A DNA stretch of 58,119 nt, taken from positions 1 through 58,119 of the IMG/VR virus record IMGVR_UViG_3300029319_000051; one strand, written 5' to 3'. The translations under genes and the position numbers were made by a program. The notes under the pieces were generated by a model. That model saw only the letters and a list, made by a program, of their open reading frames with translations, did not search any database and was not told where the DNA came from. Within the stretch, counting starts at the first letter, position 1; each line of letters begins with the position of its first letter. Below, piece after piece: positions 1 through 7,095 of the stretch. Source of the DNA: a virus. Lineage: Duplodnaviria; Caudoviricetes.

Positions 1-30
1 ACGCACCGACTGCGCTCCCTTGAAAAAGGT

Positions 31-62
31 GGGGGTGTAGTGACGTTTCACCAAGCACCCCC
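31..62 (-). terminator. Possible intrinsic terminator at the end of the early minus-strand gene chain
   Basis: GGGGGTG (31-37) pairs with CACCCCC (56-62); on the minus strand this is followed by a short U run (AAAAA at 23-27 on +). The loop is long. Confidence 0.4.
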
Positions 63-73
63 TTGGTCAAACT

Positions 74-217
74 TCAATCAACCAAATCCTTTTGTTCGTT
101 TTGCCATTTGTCGTGGGCTTTCTCTACGGCAGTGTTGATGGCCTCTGCCTGTGCGCGATCGATTGCCTGTCCCTGCATACGGGAGAGTTCGACGATTACT
201 TCGATGATGTCTTTCAT
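74..217 (-). CDS. Small early hypothetical protein (47 aa, MKDIIEVIVELSRMQG...)
   Basis: Read manually (below the ORF track cut-off); ATGA overlap with the upstream gene. Confidence 0.6.
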   Translation of the reverse strand: MKDIIEVIVELSRMQGQAIDRAQAEAINTAVEKAHDKWQNEQKDLVD

Positions 218-372
218 GTCATGTATAAGATTTCAGATGGGTTGTACCCAAGTTCGTATAGTGTTGATTCCAAATCCTCAACGTCGTCAAGGTTGGCGAT
301 GGTGATGATGTCCACCTCTCGTGTAGAGTAGTCGAGGATGGCTACTTGATTGTCTCCGAGTGTTACTTTCAT
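214..372 (-). CDS. Small early hypothetical protein (52 aa, MKVTLGDNQVAILDYSTREV...)
   Basis: Read manually; ATGA start/stop overlaps at both ends. Confidence 0.65.
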   Translation of the reverse strand: MKVTLGDNQVAILDYSTREVDIITIANLDDVEDLESTLYELGYNPSEILYMT

Positions 373-629
373 GAGTACTTTTCTTCGATTCGTTGTTTGG
401 TGTCCTCACAGCATGAGACCCATGCCTCGTGGTTGATGAGGGAGATTTTACCCTGCTCACGGATTCGTGCATCCTCGGCAAGGAGTTCATCCTTGTGTGA
501 GATGTAGTGGTCAAGACCACGTTGGAGGCAGTCAAGGACTACCATCTGCACGAGTGCCCCGTGCTTGTTGTACCCAGTCATGAGGTGTTCCATGAACTCC
601 CCGTTTGTCATGTCTTTGATGTCTTTCAT
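369..629 (-). CDS. Early hypothetical protein
   Basis: 86-aa ORF in the chain of ATGA-coupled minus-strand genes. Confidence 0.7.
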   Translation of the reverse strand: MKDIKDMTNGEFMEHLMTGYNKHGALVQMVVLDCLQRGLDHYISHKDELLAEDARIREQGKISLINHEAWVSCCEDTKQRIEEKYS

Positions 630-772
630 GTCAGTTTGAAGTTTGTGTTTTTGAATGCCTCTTCGAGGATGTTCTTGTTAATCATGTCTGCCTTGAACCA
701 CGCCTCGATGAGAGCACGTTCAAAGCTACCGCAGTGGGTTTGTCGGAGGGAAAGTCGTTCGTGTTGTGTCAT
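626..772 (-). CDS. Small early hypothetical protein (48 aa, MTQHERLSLRQTHCGSFERALIEAW...)
   Basis: Read manually; ATGA overlaps at both ends. Confidence 0.65.
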   Translation of the reverse strand: MTQHERLSLRQTHCGSFERALIEAWFKADMINKNILEEAFKNTNFKLT

Positions 773-966
773 GTCTTCAATGAGTTGGTTACTCCCCACC
801 ATTCGATTTCTTCGTCGTGGATGCGGAACTCATGGCAATCACCGAGGTCGTTGTTCCACACCTCAATCCACACGCCGTGGTCGTCAGGAGCACCCATCAC
901 ATGGGATGCGTGGTGACCCGCTTCTTGCAGTGCCTTGACTGCTGATTCGCATTGTTCTTGTGTCAT
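769..966 (-). CDS. Early hypothetical protein
   Basis: 65-aa ORF, ATGA-coupled. Confidence 0.65.
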   Translation of the reverse strand: MTQEQCESAVKALQEAGHHASHVMGAPDDHGVWIEVWNNDLGDCHEFRIHDEEIEWWGVTNSLKT

Positions 967-1175
967 GTCGTTGGGGCTTTCATGGTTTCGACAATCTCAC
1001 GCGCTTTGAGCAGGGCGTATGTCCGCTGTTGTGTGTACGTCCCTGAACGCTGTGGTGATGGCAAGTAAACCATCTTGTAGTTGATGTGGCAAAACTCTCG
1101 TCCTTCGACGATTCGTTGTGCGATGTACTCACACATTTGATTTTGTGTGGTTGATGTTGTTGCAATGAATCCCAT
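963..1175 (-). CDS. Early hypothetical protein
   Basis: 70-aa ORF just downstream of hairpin 1 and a TCAAACTTCAA motif; ATGA overlap with the next gene. Confidence 0.6.
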   Translation of the reverse strand: MGFIATTSTTQNQMCEYIAQRIVEGREFCHINYKMVYLPSPQRSGTYTQQRTYALLKAREIVETMKAPTT

Positions 1176-1201
1176 TGAAATTGGATTTGAAGTTTGACAT
1201 T

Positions 1202-1265
1202 GAGAGGTGTTGTATATATACTCTCTTCACTACGTTCAGAGAGAGTATATATACTAACACTCTCT
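1202..1265. repeat. Conserved hairpin element, copy 1
   Basis: Perfect 15-bp inverted repeat GTATATATACTCTCT (1212-1226) / AGAGAGTATATATAC (1240-1254) around TCACTACGTTCAG, with an imperfect outer stem. Confidence 0.9.
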
Positions 1266-1266
1266 A

Positions 1267-1350
1267 TTAAGATTGGAGGAGAGCCACCACAAAAAGCGTA
1301 GCCATCCACGCAAGGAACGCGAGGAACGCGAGGTTCATCTTCTTGTTCAT
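1267..1350 (-). CDS. Small hydrophobic single-TM peptide (27 aa, MNKKMNLAFLAFLAWMATLFVVALLQS)
   Basis: Read manually; basic N-terminus then one hydrophobic helix; fits between its neighbours. Confidence 0.45.
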   Translation of the reverse strand: MNKKMNLAFLAFLAWMATLFVVALLQS

Positions 1351-1365
1351 GTGAAAGGGTTTAAG

Positions 1366-1536
1366 TTATTCATTATCAACAACTTGGAAGCTGTTGTTCT
1401 TCACGGTCTGACCCGTACCTGCCCAAAAATCATGGGCATCATCGCGGGCTACGTCTACGCTCGGGGCGTAGAGGTAGTGGGCTGTCCAATCGTCGCGGTC
1501 GCGCCCAAAGTAGGTGATGTACCTGTACATATTCAT
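1366..1536 (-). CDS. Small early hypothetical protein (56 aa, MNMYRYITYFGRDRDDW...)
   Basis: Read manually; ATGA overlap with the upstream gene. Confidence 0.6.
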   Translation of the reverse strand: MNMYRYITYFGRDRDDWTAHYLYAPSVDVARDDAHDFWAGTGQTVKNNSFQVVDNE

Positions 1537-1910
1537 AGGTAGATGGCTTCAGAGTTGGCAAAATCGTAGATGGCCTTCTCACCCCGCGCTTTGGCAAGTT
1601 CGAGAGCCACTTGCTTGGACTTTACTACGTCAGAGAGTTCGAGGTAAGCTATACCTGCGGGGTCTTCGACCACATCCACCCACGCTCCGATGACTTGGTT
1701 GGGGTCACTCACCACCGACTGAAGTCGGTTCATTTCTCGGTTGAAGGTTCGGAACGAGAGTTCGTCGTTCTTGCACTTGAACGCGCCCACCGCTGGCTCT
1801 GCACCACCGACGGCATAGCCGTCCACGCCTCCATAGGTGAGGAGGTCTTCGCCTCGGACGCTGAAGCCCTCGCTCTCTTGAACGAGGAAGTATAAGGATT
1901 TGATTGTCAT
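1533..1910 (-). CDS. Early protein of the phage family with GxW-D...YLxxS...A...G-[EQ]-AIYD pattern (possibly SAM-lyase-like fold)
   Basis: ATG at 1910 preferred over the upstream GTG, which lies inside the ribozyme; motif IGAWVD...YLELSDVV...RGEKAIYDF. Confidence 0.65.
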   Translation of the reverse strand: MTIKSLYFLVQESEGFSVRGEDLLTYGGVDGYAVGGAEPAVGAFKCKNDELSFRTFNREMNRLQSVVSDPNQVIGAWVDVVEDPAGIAYLELSDVVKSKQVALELAKARGEKAIYDFANSEAIYL

Positions 1911-1930
1911 CGTAGATGAATTTGAAGTTT

Positions 1931-1980
1931 GATACAGACGCCTCACGGCGTTTCGTCCAGTCAGGACTCGTCAGTGTACC
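1931..1980 (-). ncRNA. Type I hammerhead ribozyme
   Basis: Minus strand reads GGUACA-CUGACGA-GUCC-UGACU-GGAC-GAAA-CGCC-GUGA-GGCG-UC-UGUAUC: complete CUGAnGA/GAAA core, three paired stems, GUC cleavage triplet (cut between 1937 and 1936). Confidence 0.92.
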
Positions 1981-2081
1981 TGAAATGCCTGTTGGCATTC
2001 TTCGCAAGTGTGCCTGCTTTCCGCGCTTTCGTCGGTGGGCACAAAATCTGCAAGGCAGATGGAGCATGGCTTCGTGTCCAT
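1971..2081 (-). CDS. Small zinc-ribbon protein (36 aa, MDTKPCSICLADFVPTDESAESRHTCEECQQAFQVH)
   Basis: Read manually; CxxC...CxxC; its TGA stop is the UGA of the hammerhead core. Confidence 0.6.
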   Translation of the reverse strand: MDTKPCSICLADFVPTDESAESRHTCEECQQAFQVH

Positions 2082-2082
2082 A

Positions 2083-2223
2083 TCAGCAGTCGATGAGGTC
2101 AGCCAAGGTCATCTGCTCGTCGCAGGTCAGCTCGTCCCACACAGCAGTGCAGGTGAGGAGGTCGAGGTCGAAAGAAGAGGTCAGGAGGTCAGCGATGAGC
2201 TGACGGCGCAGTTGCTTATCCAT
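2083..2223 (-). CDS. Small early hypothetical protein (46 aa, MDKQLRRQLIADLL...)
   Basis: ATG at 2223, downstream of hairpin 2 and the leader motif; the longer track ORF runs through the hairpin. Confidence 0.55.
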   Translation of the reverse strand: MDKQLRRQLIADLLTSSFDLDLLTCTAVWDELTCDEQMTLADLIDC

Positions 2224-2264
2224 AGGAATGGGGTTTGAATTGAAGTTTGAAAAATTGTTGTCTA

Positions 2265-2326
2265 AGAGTGTCTTGTATATCTCTCTCTTCACTACGTTCA
2301 GAGAGAGAGATATACTAAGACTCTCT
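2265..2326. repeat. Conserved hairpin element, copy 2
   Basis: Perfect 14-bp inverted repeat GTATATCTCTCTCT (2275-2288) / AGAGAGAGATATAC (2302-2315) around the identical TCACTACGTTCAG core. Confidence 0.9.
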
Positions 2327-2332
2327 AAAGGA

Positions 2333-2629
2333 TTAGCCGATGGAGCAACCGCTTCCAATGGCAAGCAAGCTTGGGGAGATGGCCATCTTCACAGCGCCCG
2401 CTGTTGCGTCATGCAGGAGGTCTTTCAGACCTTGCAAGTCCCACAGCATTCGGAGTTTGTCGCCGTCCTCTTCGTTATCAACGAAGGAGTCAAGAAAAGC
2501 GACAGCTTCGCTGAAGGTCGCGGAGTCGAGCGTCGCGTCCTGCGGGTAGGAAATGGTGATTTGGCTGATGTCTTCGACATCAAGGTCAGAAACTAAGTAG
2601 TTCATTTTCAATGAATTAAGGTGAAACAA
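2333..2629 (-). CDS. Acidic early hypothetical protein
   Basis: 98-aa ORF; the true start may be the internal MNYLV. Confidence 0.6.
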   Translation of the reverse strand: MFHLNSLKMNYLVSDLDVEDISQITISYPQDATLDSATFSEAVAFLDSFVDNEEDGDKLRMLWDLQGLKDLLHDATAGAVKMAISPSLLAIGSGCSIG

Positions 2630-2648
2630 TTAAACTAATCCTAAAGGA

Positions 2649-3197
2649 TTAGAAGGGGAGTTGGTCAAGTCCAACTTCGTTGGAAGGAGAAGGCAGAGTC
2701 GTAGACTCCATGTGCAGGGCGAGCACTGCGGTGAGAGCCTCAATCTTAGCTTCCAAGGAAGCTACTCTTGACTCGTCAACCGAAGGTTGAGCGGCAACTT
2801 CAGCCCTTTCAGCAGTAGCAGAACGAAGTTCTGCTTTCTTCGCTGCTTTAGCAGCGGCCCCAGTGGCCACCGAGACAGCTTTAGCTGACTCCCTAGCTTC
2901 CTTAACGGAAGCTGTCTTAGCCTTCTTCGAAGGCTTAATCGGACCAACTTCGTTGGTCTTGAGAGCCGCTTTGTCTTGGCGGTCTGCCACCTTCTGTGAA
3001 GGTGTTCTCTTCGTCGTCTTACGACGACGCTTCTTGCCAGCCTTCTTCGAAGGCTTGTCGGCAACCTCTTCGAGGTTGTTGATGAAGTCCAAAGCTTCTG
3101 AAAGAAGCTTGACAGCAAGAGCCTTACGGCTCTTGGTTGGACGGAAGATGGCTTGGTTGGTTGCCTTACGGCAAGCTGAGAAATTGAAGTTTGACAT
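2649..3197 (-). CDS. First early gene: Lys/Ala-rich histone-H1-like protein with an SSB-like C-terminal tail (DQLPF)
   Basis: KKAGKKRRRK and AAKAAKK tracts, a coiled coil and a terminal LPF; start directly follows hairpin 3. Confidence 0.7.
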   Translation of the reverse strand: MSNFNFSACRKATNQAIFRPTKSRKALAVKLLSEALDFINNLEEVADKPSKKAGKKRRRKTTKRTPSQKVADRQDKAALKTNEVGPIKPSKKAKTASVKEARESAKAVSVATGAAAKAAKKAELRSATAERAEVAAQPSVDESRVASLEAKIEALTAVLALHMESTTLPSPSNEVGLDQLPF

Positions 3198-3252
3198 GAG
3201 ATAATGTATTAAATGAAACTCATAGAGTTTCGTTTCATTTAATACATATCTC
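3198..3252. repeat. Hairpin 3, abutting the start of the first early gene
   Basis: Perfect 16-bp inverted repeat ATGTATTAAATGAAAC (3204-3219) / GTTTCATTTAATACAT (3232-3247); nested alternative GAAACTC-ATA-GAGTTTC. Confidence 0.85.
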
Positions 3253-3894
3253 TAGCAGTTTGGTGTCCTCACTACACTACCAAGGGTAGTAGTAGTGGAG
3301 CCAAAAGCCGCTAACACATTGAGATACAACTCGTTGTATCCGTATGTTAGCCAACGTGAAGGCCGACCAAAACGGCACCTTTGCCACCCCATAAAGGGGT
3401 GAAGTGATTCAACTAAAGGTTTAAGTTGGGGATTGTCCCACCCTGACAGACAGCGCGTCCCATCCTGCGGTCTCCTGCGGTGGTTGAGGAGAAGCTACCT
3501 AACTGACTGGTAGTCAGTAGGTAGGCAAAAGCTGGAATCTACAGCGCAAACACCGAAGGTGTTTGGGGGGTGGGGTCTGCCAAACCGTTTCGGCACGTAG
3601 TGCCGACCGCTACTATATACATATAATCCCCACGGTACATGTAACTGATCTCTTTTTTCGCAGTGATCTTGGATTATTGCCTTCAGAAACAATTTCACAC
3701 GAAAACATCTAAGCCTTTTGTTTACAGCAAGTTAGAGGCCTTGTCTTAAACTGTTACTAGACTATTGACTTTTAAGATTTTCCTTTATACCTTTACGGCA
3801 TCGAAGCGATTCAGATGAAGAAAGCAACCAAAGATGGTTTTTGTGTGTACACAAATGAATCCTTTATTCTTTATGGCGCGAGGATAGTAGTATC
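3253..3894. promoter_or_regulatory. Divergent non-coding control region (candidate origin or packaging/terminus region)
   Basis: Largest non-coding gap, at the early/late strand switch; several short palindromes and a GGGGGGTGGGG run near 3565. Confidence 0.5.
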
Positions 3895-4182
3895 ATGAAA
3901 GTAAAAAAGCGAGATCCCAAGGTTGGGACAGGTAAAAAACCCAAGGGGAGTGATCGCAGGCTGTATACTGACGAGAATCCCAAGGATACAGTAAGCATTA
4001 AGTTTGCTACACCTGCTGATGCACGTGCTACAGTGGCCAAAGTGAAGAGAATAAACAAGCCCTTTGCCAGAAAGATTCAGATATTAACTGTAGGGGAGCA
4101 GCGAGCTAAGGTTATGGGTAAAAAAGAAGTGGTTGGCATATTTAGAGCAGGGAAAGAAGCGCTAAGGCGTAACAGAAAATAA
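3895..4182 (+). CDS. Basic hypothetical protein of a type common in marine phages
   Basis: 95 aa; GTGKKPKGSxRRLYTDENPKDTV motif. Confidence 0.75.
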   Translation: MKVKKRDPKVGTGKKPKGSDRRLYTDENPKDTVSIKFATPADARATVAKVKRINKPFARKIQILTVGEQRAKVMGKKEVVGIFRAGKEALRRNRK

Positions 4183-4184
4183 GG

Positions 4185-4192
4185 TATATTTG
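4185..4192 (+). promoter_or_regulatory. Bacteroidetes -7 promoter element (TAnnTTTG)
   Basis: TATATTTG, 3 nt before the ATG at 4196. Confidence 0.75.
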
Positions 4193-4195
4193 CTT

Positions 4196-4789
4196 ATGAG
4201 ACTTCAAAGACGCGCTCAAGACGGGATGAAGGTTAAAAAAAACGGAGATCCCCCCAAAGGATACAGGAGGGATGCTGATGGATACCTTACCCCTGTAGAT
4301 TTTGATGAGTTTCACGAAGAATCACAGGACTCTTTGAATGTTGATGCCATCAAGAAAGGTATTTCTATGGCTGAGTCTCTTGGAGGGGTGCTTATGATGA
4401 ACCCAACCAGCACTGCTACTGGTATGTATGGTCAGAGGTACAGTGAAATTAAGGATCTCCCGATGATGAAGGGTATTAGTAGGGAACAGTTTGCCAAAAA
4501 CCTACCCCTGCAAGAGAAAGTCTTCAACATGAGAATGGAAGAAGGCATTGGTGGCCCTTCTTTGCGTAGAAATGCAATAGAGCTTACTGAAGAGTACGCC
4601 CCACAGCTTGGTGAGGACTGGAATTACAGCCTTGATGACGTAGCTTTTTTGAGCAACTTCCTAGGTAGGCAGCGCACAAGGGAGTTTTTTGCCAGCAAAA
4701 GAGATGGGACTAGATTTGAGGTGCCTGGGACTAACAAAACACCAGAAGAATATCTCCGCATTGCTAGAAAAGCGGCTTATCAAGATTGA
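4196..4789 (+). CDS. Lysozyme/lytic-transglycosylase-like protein
   Basis: MAESLGG...NPTSTATGMYG resembles the ES...N..S.A.G..Q pattern of SLT-like muramidases. Confidence 0.5.
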   Translation: MRLQRRAQDGMKVKKNGDPPKGYRRDADGYLTPVDFDEFHEESQDSLNVDAIKKGISMAESLGGVLMMNPTSTATGMYGQRYSEIKDLPMMKGISREQFAKNLPLQEKVFNMRMEEGIGGPSLRRNAIELTEEYAPQLGEDWNYSLDDVAFLSNFLGRQRTREFFASKRDGTRFEVPGTNKTPEEYLRIARKAAYQD

Positions 4790-4790
4790 T

Positions 4791-4798
4791 TATATTTG
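4791..4798 (+). promoter_or_regulatory. Bacteroidetes -7 promoter element
   Basis: TATATTTG immediately after the upstream stop codon. Confidence 0.75.
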
Positions 4799-4822
4799 CG
4801 TCAAACAAAACTCAAAAGAATT

Positions 4823-5056
4823 ATGGATCACGGAAACAAAAAAAAGATGCCAGGTGGAGGCAGAATGATGGTCGTTAAAAAAATGCCAGGTGGTGGCATG
4901 ATGAAGGACAAAATGATGAAGCATGGTGGCAAGCACAAGATGCCCATGTACATGTACGGTGGCAAGGTGTATGGTGAAAAAGGAGCCATGCTCAAGGCTA
5001 TCTTGGAAGATCCAGCTCAGGCTGCGATGGCAAGAAAAGAACTTGGCATGAAGTAA
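4823..5056 (+). CDS. Small Met/Lys/Gly-rich protein with KKMPGGG repeats
   Basis: ATG at 4823; repeated xxGG motifs. Confidence 0.7.
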   Translation: MDHGNKKKMPGGGRMMVVKKMPGGGMMKDKMMKHGGKHKMPMYMYGGKVYGEKGAMLKAILEDPAQAAMARKELGMK

Positions 5057-5134
5057 GCTTGAAAAAGCATTACTTCAATCCCAAGAAAAAAAGAAAAGCT
5101 CCCTCAGTGGAGAGAGAGCGAAGACGCTTAAACA

Positions 5135-5614
5135 ATGAAGCTGTCAAAAAATCTGTCACTCGCAGAGGTGACCAAAAGCATCACGGCTAAACGCCTTGGT
5201 ATAGACAACACACCAGATGAGTGGGTTACAGAGAATCTCAAAAAGGTTGCAGAGCACATTTTTCAACCTGTGCGCGACCATTTCGGAAAGCCTATATACG
5301 TGTCGAGCGGCTATCGTTCGGCTGATCTCAATGTTGCGATCGGGGGTTCGAAGCGTAGTCAGCATGTGGAAGGCAGAGCACTCGATCTTGATGGTGACGT
5401 ATACGGACGTGTGTCAAACAGTGACATCTTCCGCTACATACTCAACAATCTTACGTTTGATCAACTCATTTGGGAGTTTGGTGATGAAGATAATCCTGAT
5501 TGGGTTCACGTTTCTTTCGTTCATGATGGTGTTAATCGTGGTAGGTGCCTCAAAGCTTGTCGTGACGATAAGGGAAAGGTGTACTACGAAGTGATGTTTG
5601 GCAAAGGATTGTAA
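5135..5614 (+). CDS. Endolysin, peptidase M15 family (Zn peptidase)
   Basis: SSGYRS, SQH..G.A.D and WVHVS motifs of M15A-type peptidases. Confidence 0.9.
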   Translation: MKLSKNLSLAEVTKSITAKRLGIDNTPDEWVTENLKKVAEHIFQPVRDHFGKPIYVSSGYRSADLNVAIGGSKRSQHVEGRALDLDGDVYGRVSNSDIFRYILNNLTFDQLIWEFGDEDNPDWVHVSFVHDGVNRGRCLKACRDDKGKVYYEVMFGKGL

Positions 5615-5619
5615 TTGCT

Positions 5620-5627
5620 TATATTTG
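5620..5627 (+). promoter_or_regulatory. Bacteroidetes -7 promoter element
   Basis: TATATTTG, 4 nt before the ATG at 5632. Confidence 0.75.
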
Positions 5628-5631
5628 CATC

Positions 5632-6123
5632 ATGTCTACACTATCAGTAACAATAAGCGAGAGCATTACCATCAACGGAAAGGATAGAGGTAGTGACATC
5701 TCCCTCGATATCGATAACATCACGCAGGTAATGCACCGCATAGTAAGCCTGCCAGCTGATGGTGGTAGCGCAGCTACGCAAACCACAGTAGCTAATTTTA
5801 GAACAGCCGTCACTACTGCTGATAGCGCTATGGACGACGACGATGTCAGATACATCAGAATAACAAACCTGGATTCTAGCAACGACGTTCACCTGTCTTT
5901 GCAGCTGGCTGCCAACGGTGACGCTGATGCGTCAACCCAGGCAAGCATCCGCCTAAACGCGGGAACCAGTTTTATCTTAAGCAAGTCTGTAGGTGTTGCT
6001 GCTGTTGATGACGATGCAGCCACCGCTACTGCTATTGGAAGCTTGGTGGATCTAGAAAGCATCATTGCTGTCAATGACAACAACGCTGACGTAGACGTAG
6101 AAGTCTTTGTAGCTAGCGTTTAA
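5632..6123 (+). CDS. Putative virion structural protein (beta-rich, acidic)
   Basis: 163 aa; YIRITNLD motif and composition like small structural proteins. Confidence 0.6.
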   Translation: MSTLSVTISESITINGKDRGSDISLDIDNITQVMHRIVSLPADGGSAATQTTVANFRTAVTTADSAMDDDDVRYIRITNLDSSNDVHLSLQLAANGDADASTQASIRLNAGTSFILSKSVGVAAVDDDAATATAIGSLVDLESIIAVNDNNADVDVEVFVASV

Positions 6124-6542
6124 GAATTAAGTTTCTTGTAAAAGGCCTGAACAAGCAGGCGCCCTCTTTGAGACAGGGCATATCTCACCCTATAGTTGTA
6201 TTTTGTTTCCTCTCTAAACAAGTGGTCCTCCAACTTGTTGGATGGAGTCATCTTGTCAAAGTGTTTGTAGAGGTAACCCTCCTTAACTAACGGATACACA
6301 AGTCTTTCCGCTAGTTTTTTCTCTGAGTATTCGTAATCCTTAGCTGCATACTTTAGGGTGAAGAACTCTAGGTCGTAACACCACAGCATAAAAAGCATCT
6401 CTCTTTCAAAGATGTCCCTCTTGTCGCAGAAGGACATCATAGTAGTTCTCAACCGCTTGAGGTAGTTGTTTTTTACGTACCTTTGGTTAAGGTGGGAGAA
6501 GTCGCGGAAGAGCTTCTTTTTGGAAACTAAACTTTTAGGCAT
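6120..6542 (-). CDS. Putative winged-helix DNA-binding protein
   Basis: LVYPLVKEGYL...YALSQRGRLLV resembles a MarR-like wHTH wing; isolated antisense gene in the late block. Confidence 0.55.
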   Translation of the reverse strand: MPKSLVSKKKLFRDFSHLNQRYVKNNYLKRLRTTMMSFCDKRDIFEREMLFMLWCYDLEFFTLKYAAKDYEYSEKKLAERLVYPLVKEGYLYKHFDKMTPSNKLEDHLFREETKYNYRVRYALSQRGRLLVQAFYKKLNS

Positions 6543-6546
6543 AGTT

Positions 6547-6852
6547 ATGGATTACAAAGATATAGAAGAAGAGGGGTTTTGGTCTGAAGTTCAAGAAATT
6601 TCTCAAGCTTTTTTGGAGATATGTCACAAGTATGACATGAACGACAGAGTCATTTCGGCTTTTGTTGTAGGTTTGCTTGAAGAAATTGATGAGGACAAAA
6701 GCAACATGCGAGCTTTTTTCCACTACAACATTCAAAACGAACTTGAATTAGATGTAATAACTGGGTTTATGCAGGACTCTTACAGTCCGCCCGAAGACCA
6801 AGGTCCAGATCTAAACGATCTATTAGATGGACTGGGTATATCATTAAATTAA
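6547..6852 (+). CDS. Acidic hypothetical protein
   Basis: ATG at 6547 (MDYKDIEEEG); the track start overlaps the divergent gene. Confidence 0.65.
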   Translation: MDYKDIEEEGFWSEVQEISQAFLEICHKYDMNDRVISAFVVGLLEEIDEDKSNMRAFFHYNIQNELELDVITGFMQDSYSPPEDQGPDLNDLLDGLGISLN

Positions 6853-6853
6853 A

Positions 6854-7090
6854 ATGGAAGGACTTATTAGAAAAATCATCATTGGCAGAGATCCTAAAGA
6901 TGCCATGGCCTACTACGTGGGGATGAGAGCAGGAGACGGGAAGGTCTCTGCTATAGTTATGGATGAAGAGCATCTGTATAGATATCAGAAAAAAAGATAT
7001 CTCGTATATTTACAATCAGAAAATGGACAAGTGCTGTGGAAGTCTGTAGATGACATGCCCTGCATTGTTGAATATGACTGTAACTTCTGA
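6854..7090 (+). CDS. Conserved small protein of crAss-related phages
   Basis: IRKIIIGRDPKDAMAYYVG...LWK...MPCIVEY pattern, recalled from genes upstream of the terminase in Bacteroidetes phages. Confidence 0.65.
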   Translation: MEGLIRKIIIGRDPKDAMAYYVGMRAGDGKVSAIVMDEEHLYRYQKKRYLVYLQSENGQVLWKSVDDMPCIVEYDCNF

Positions 7091-7095
7091 CAAAC

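Noticed and set aside
980-1309. 109-aa minus-strand ORF, and similar track ORFs crossing hairpins (2083-2364, 1705-2067)
   Set aside because: They run through structured elements and overlap better ATGA-coupled genes in other frames.
1202-2326. Repeated hairpins as a CRISPR array or transposon ends
   Set aside because: Only two copies about 1 kb apart, with no regular spacers, cas genes or transposase.
3198-3252. Hairpin 3 as a second hammerhead (contains GAAAC)
   Set aside because: No correctly placed CUGAnGA core on either strand.
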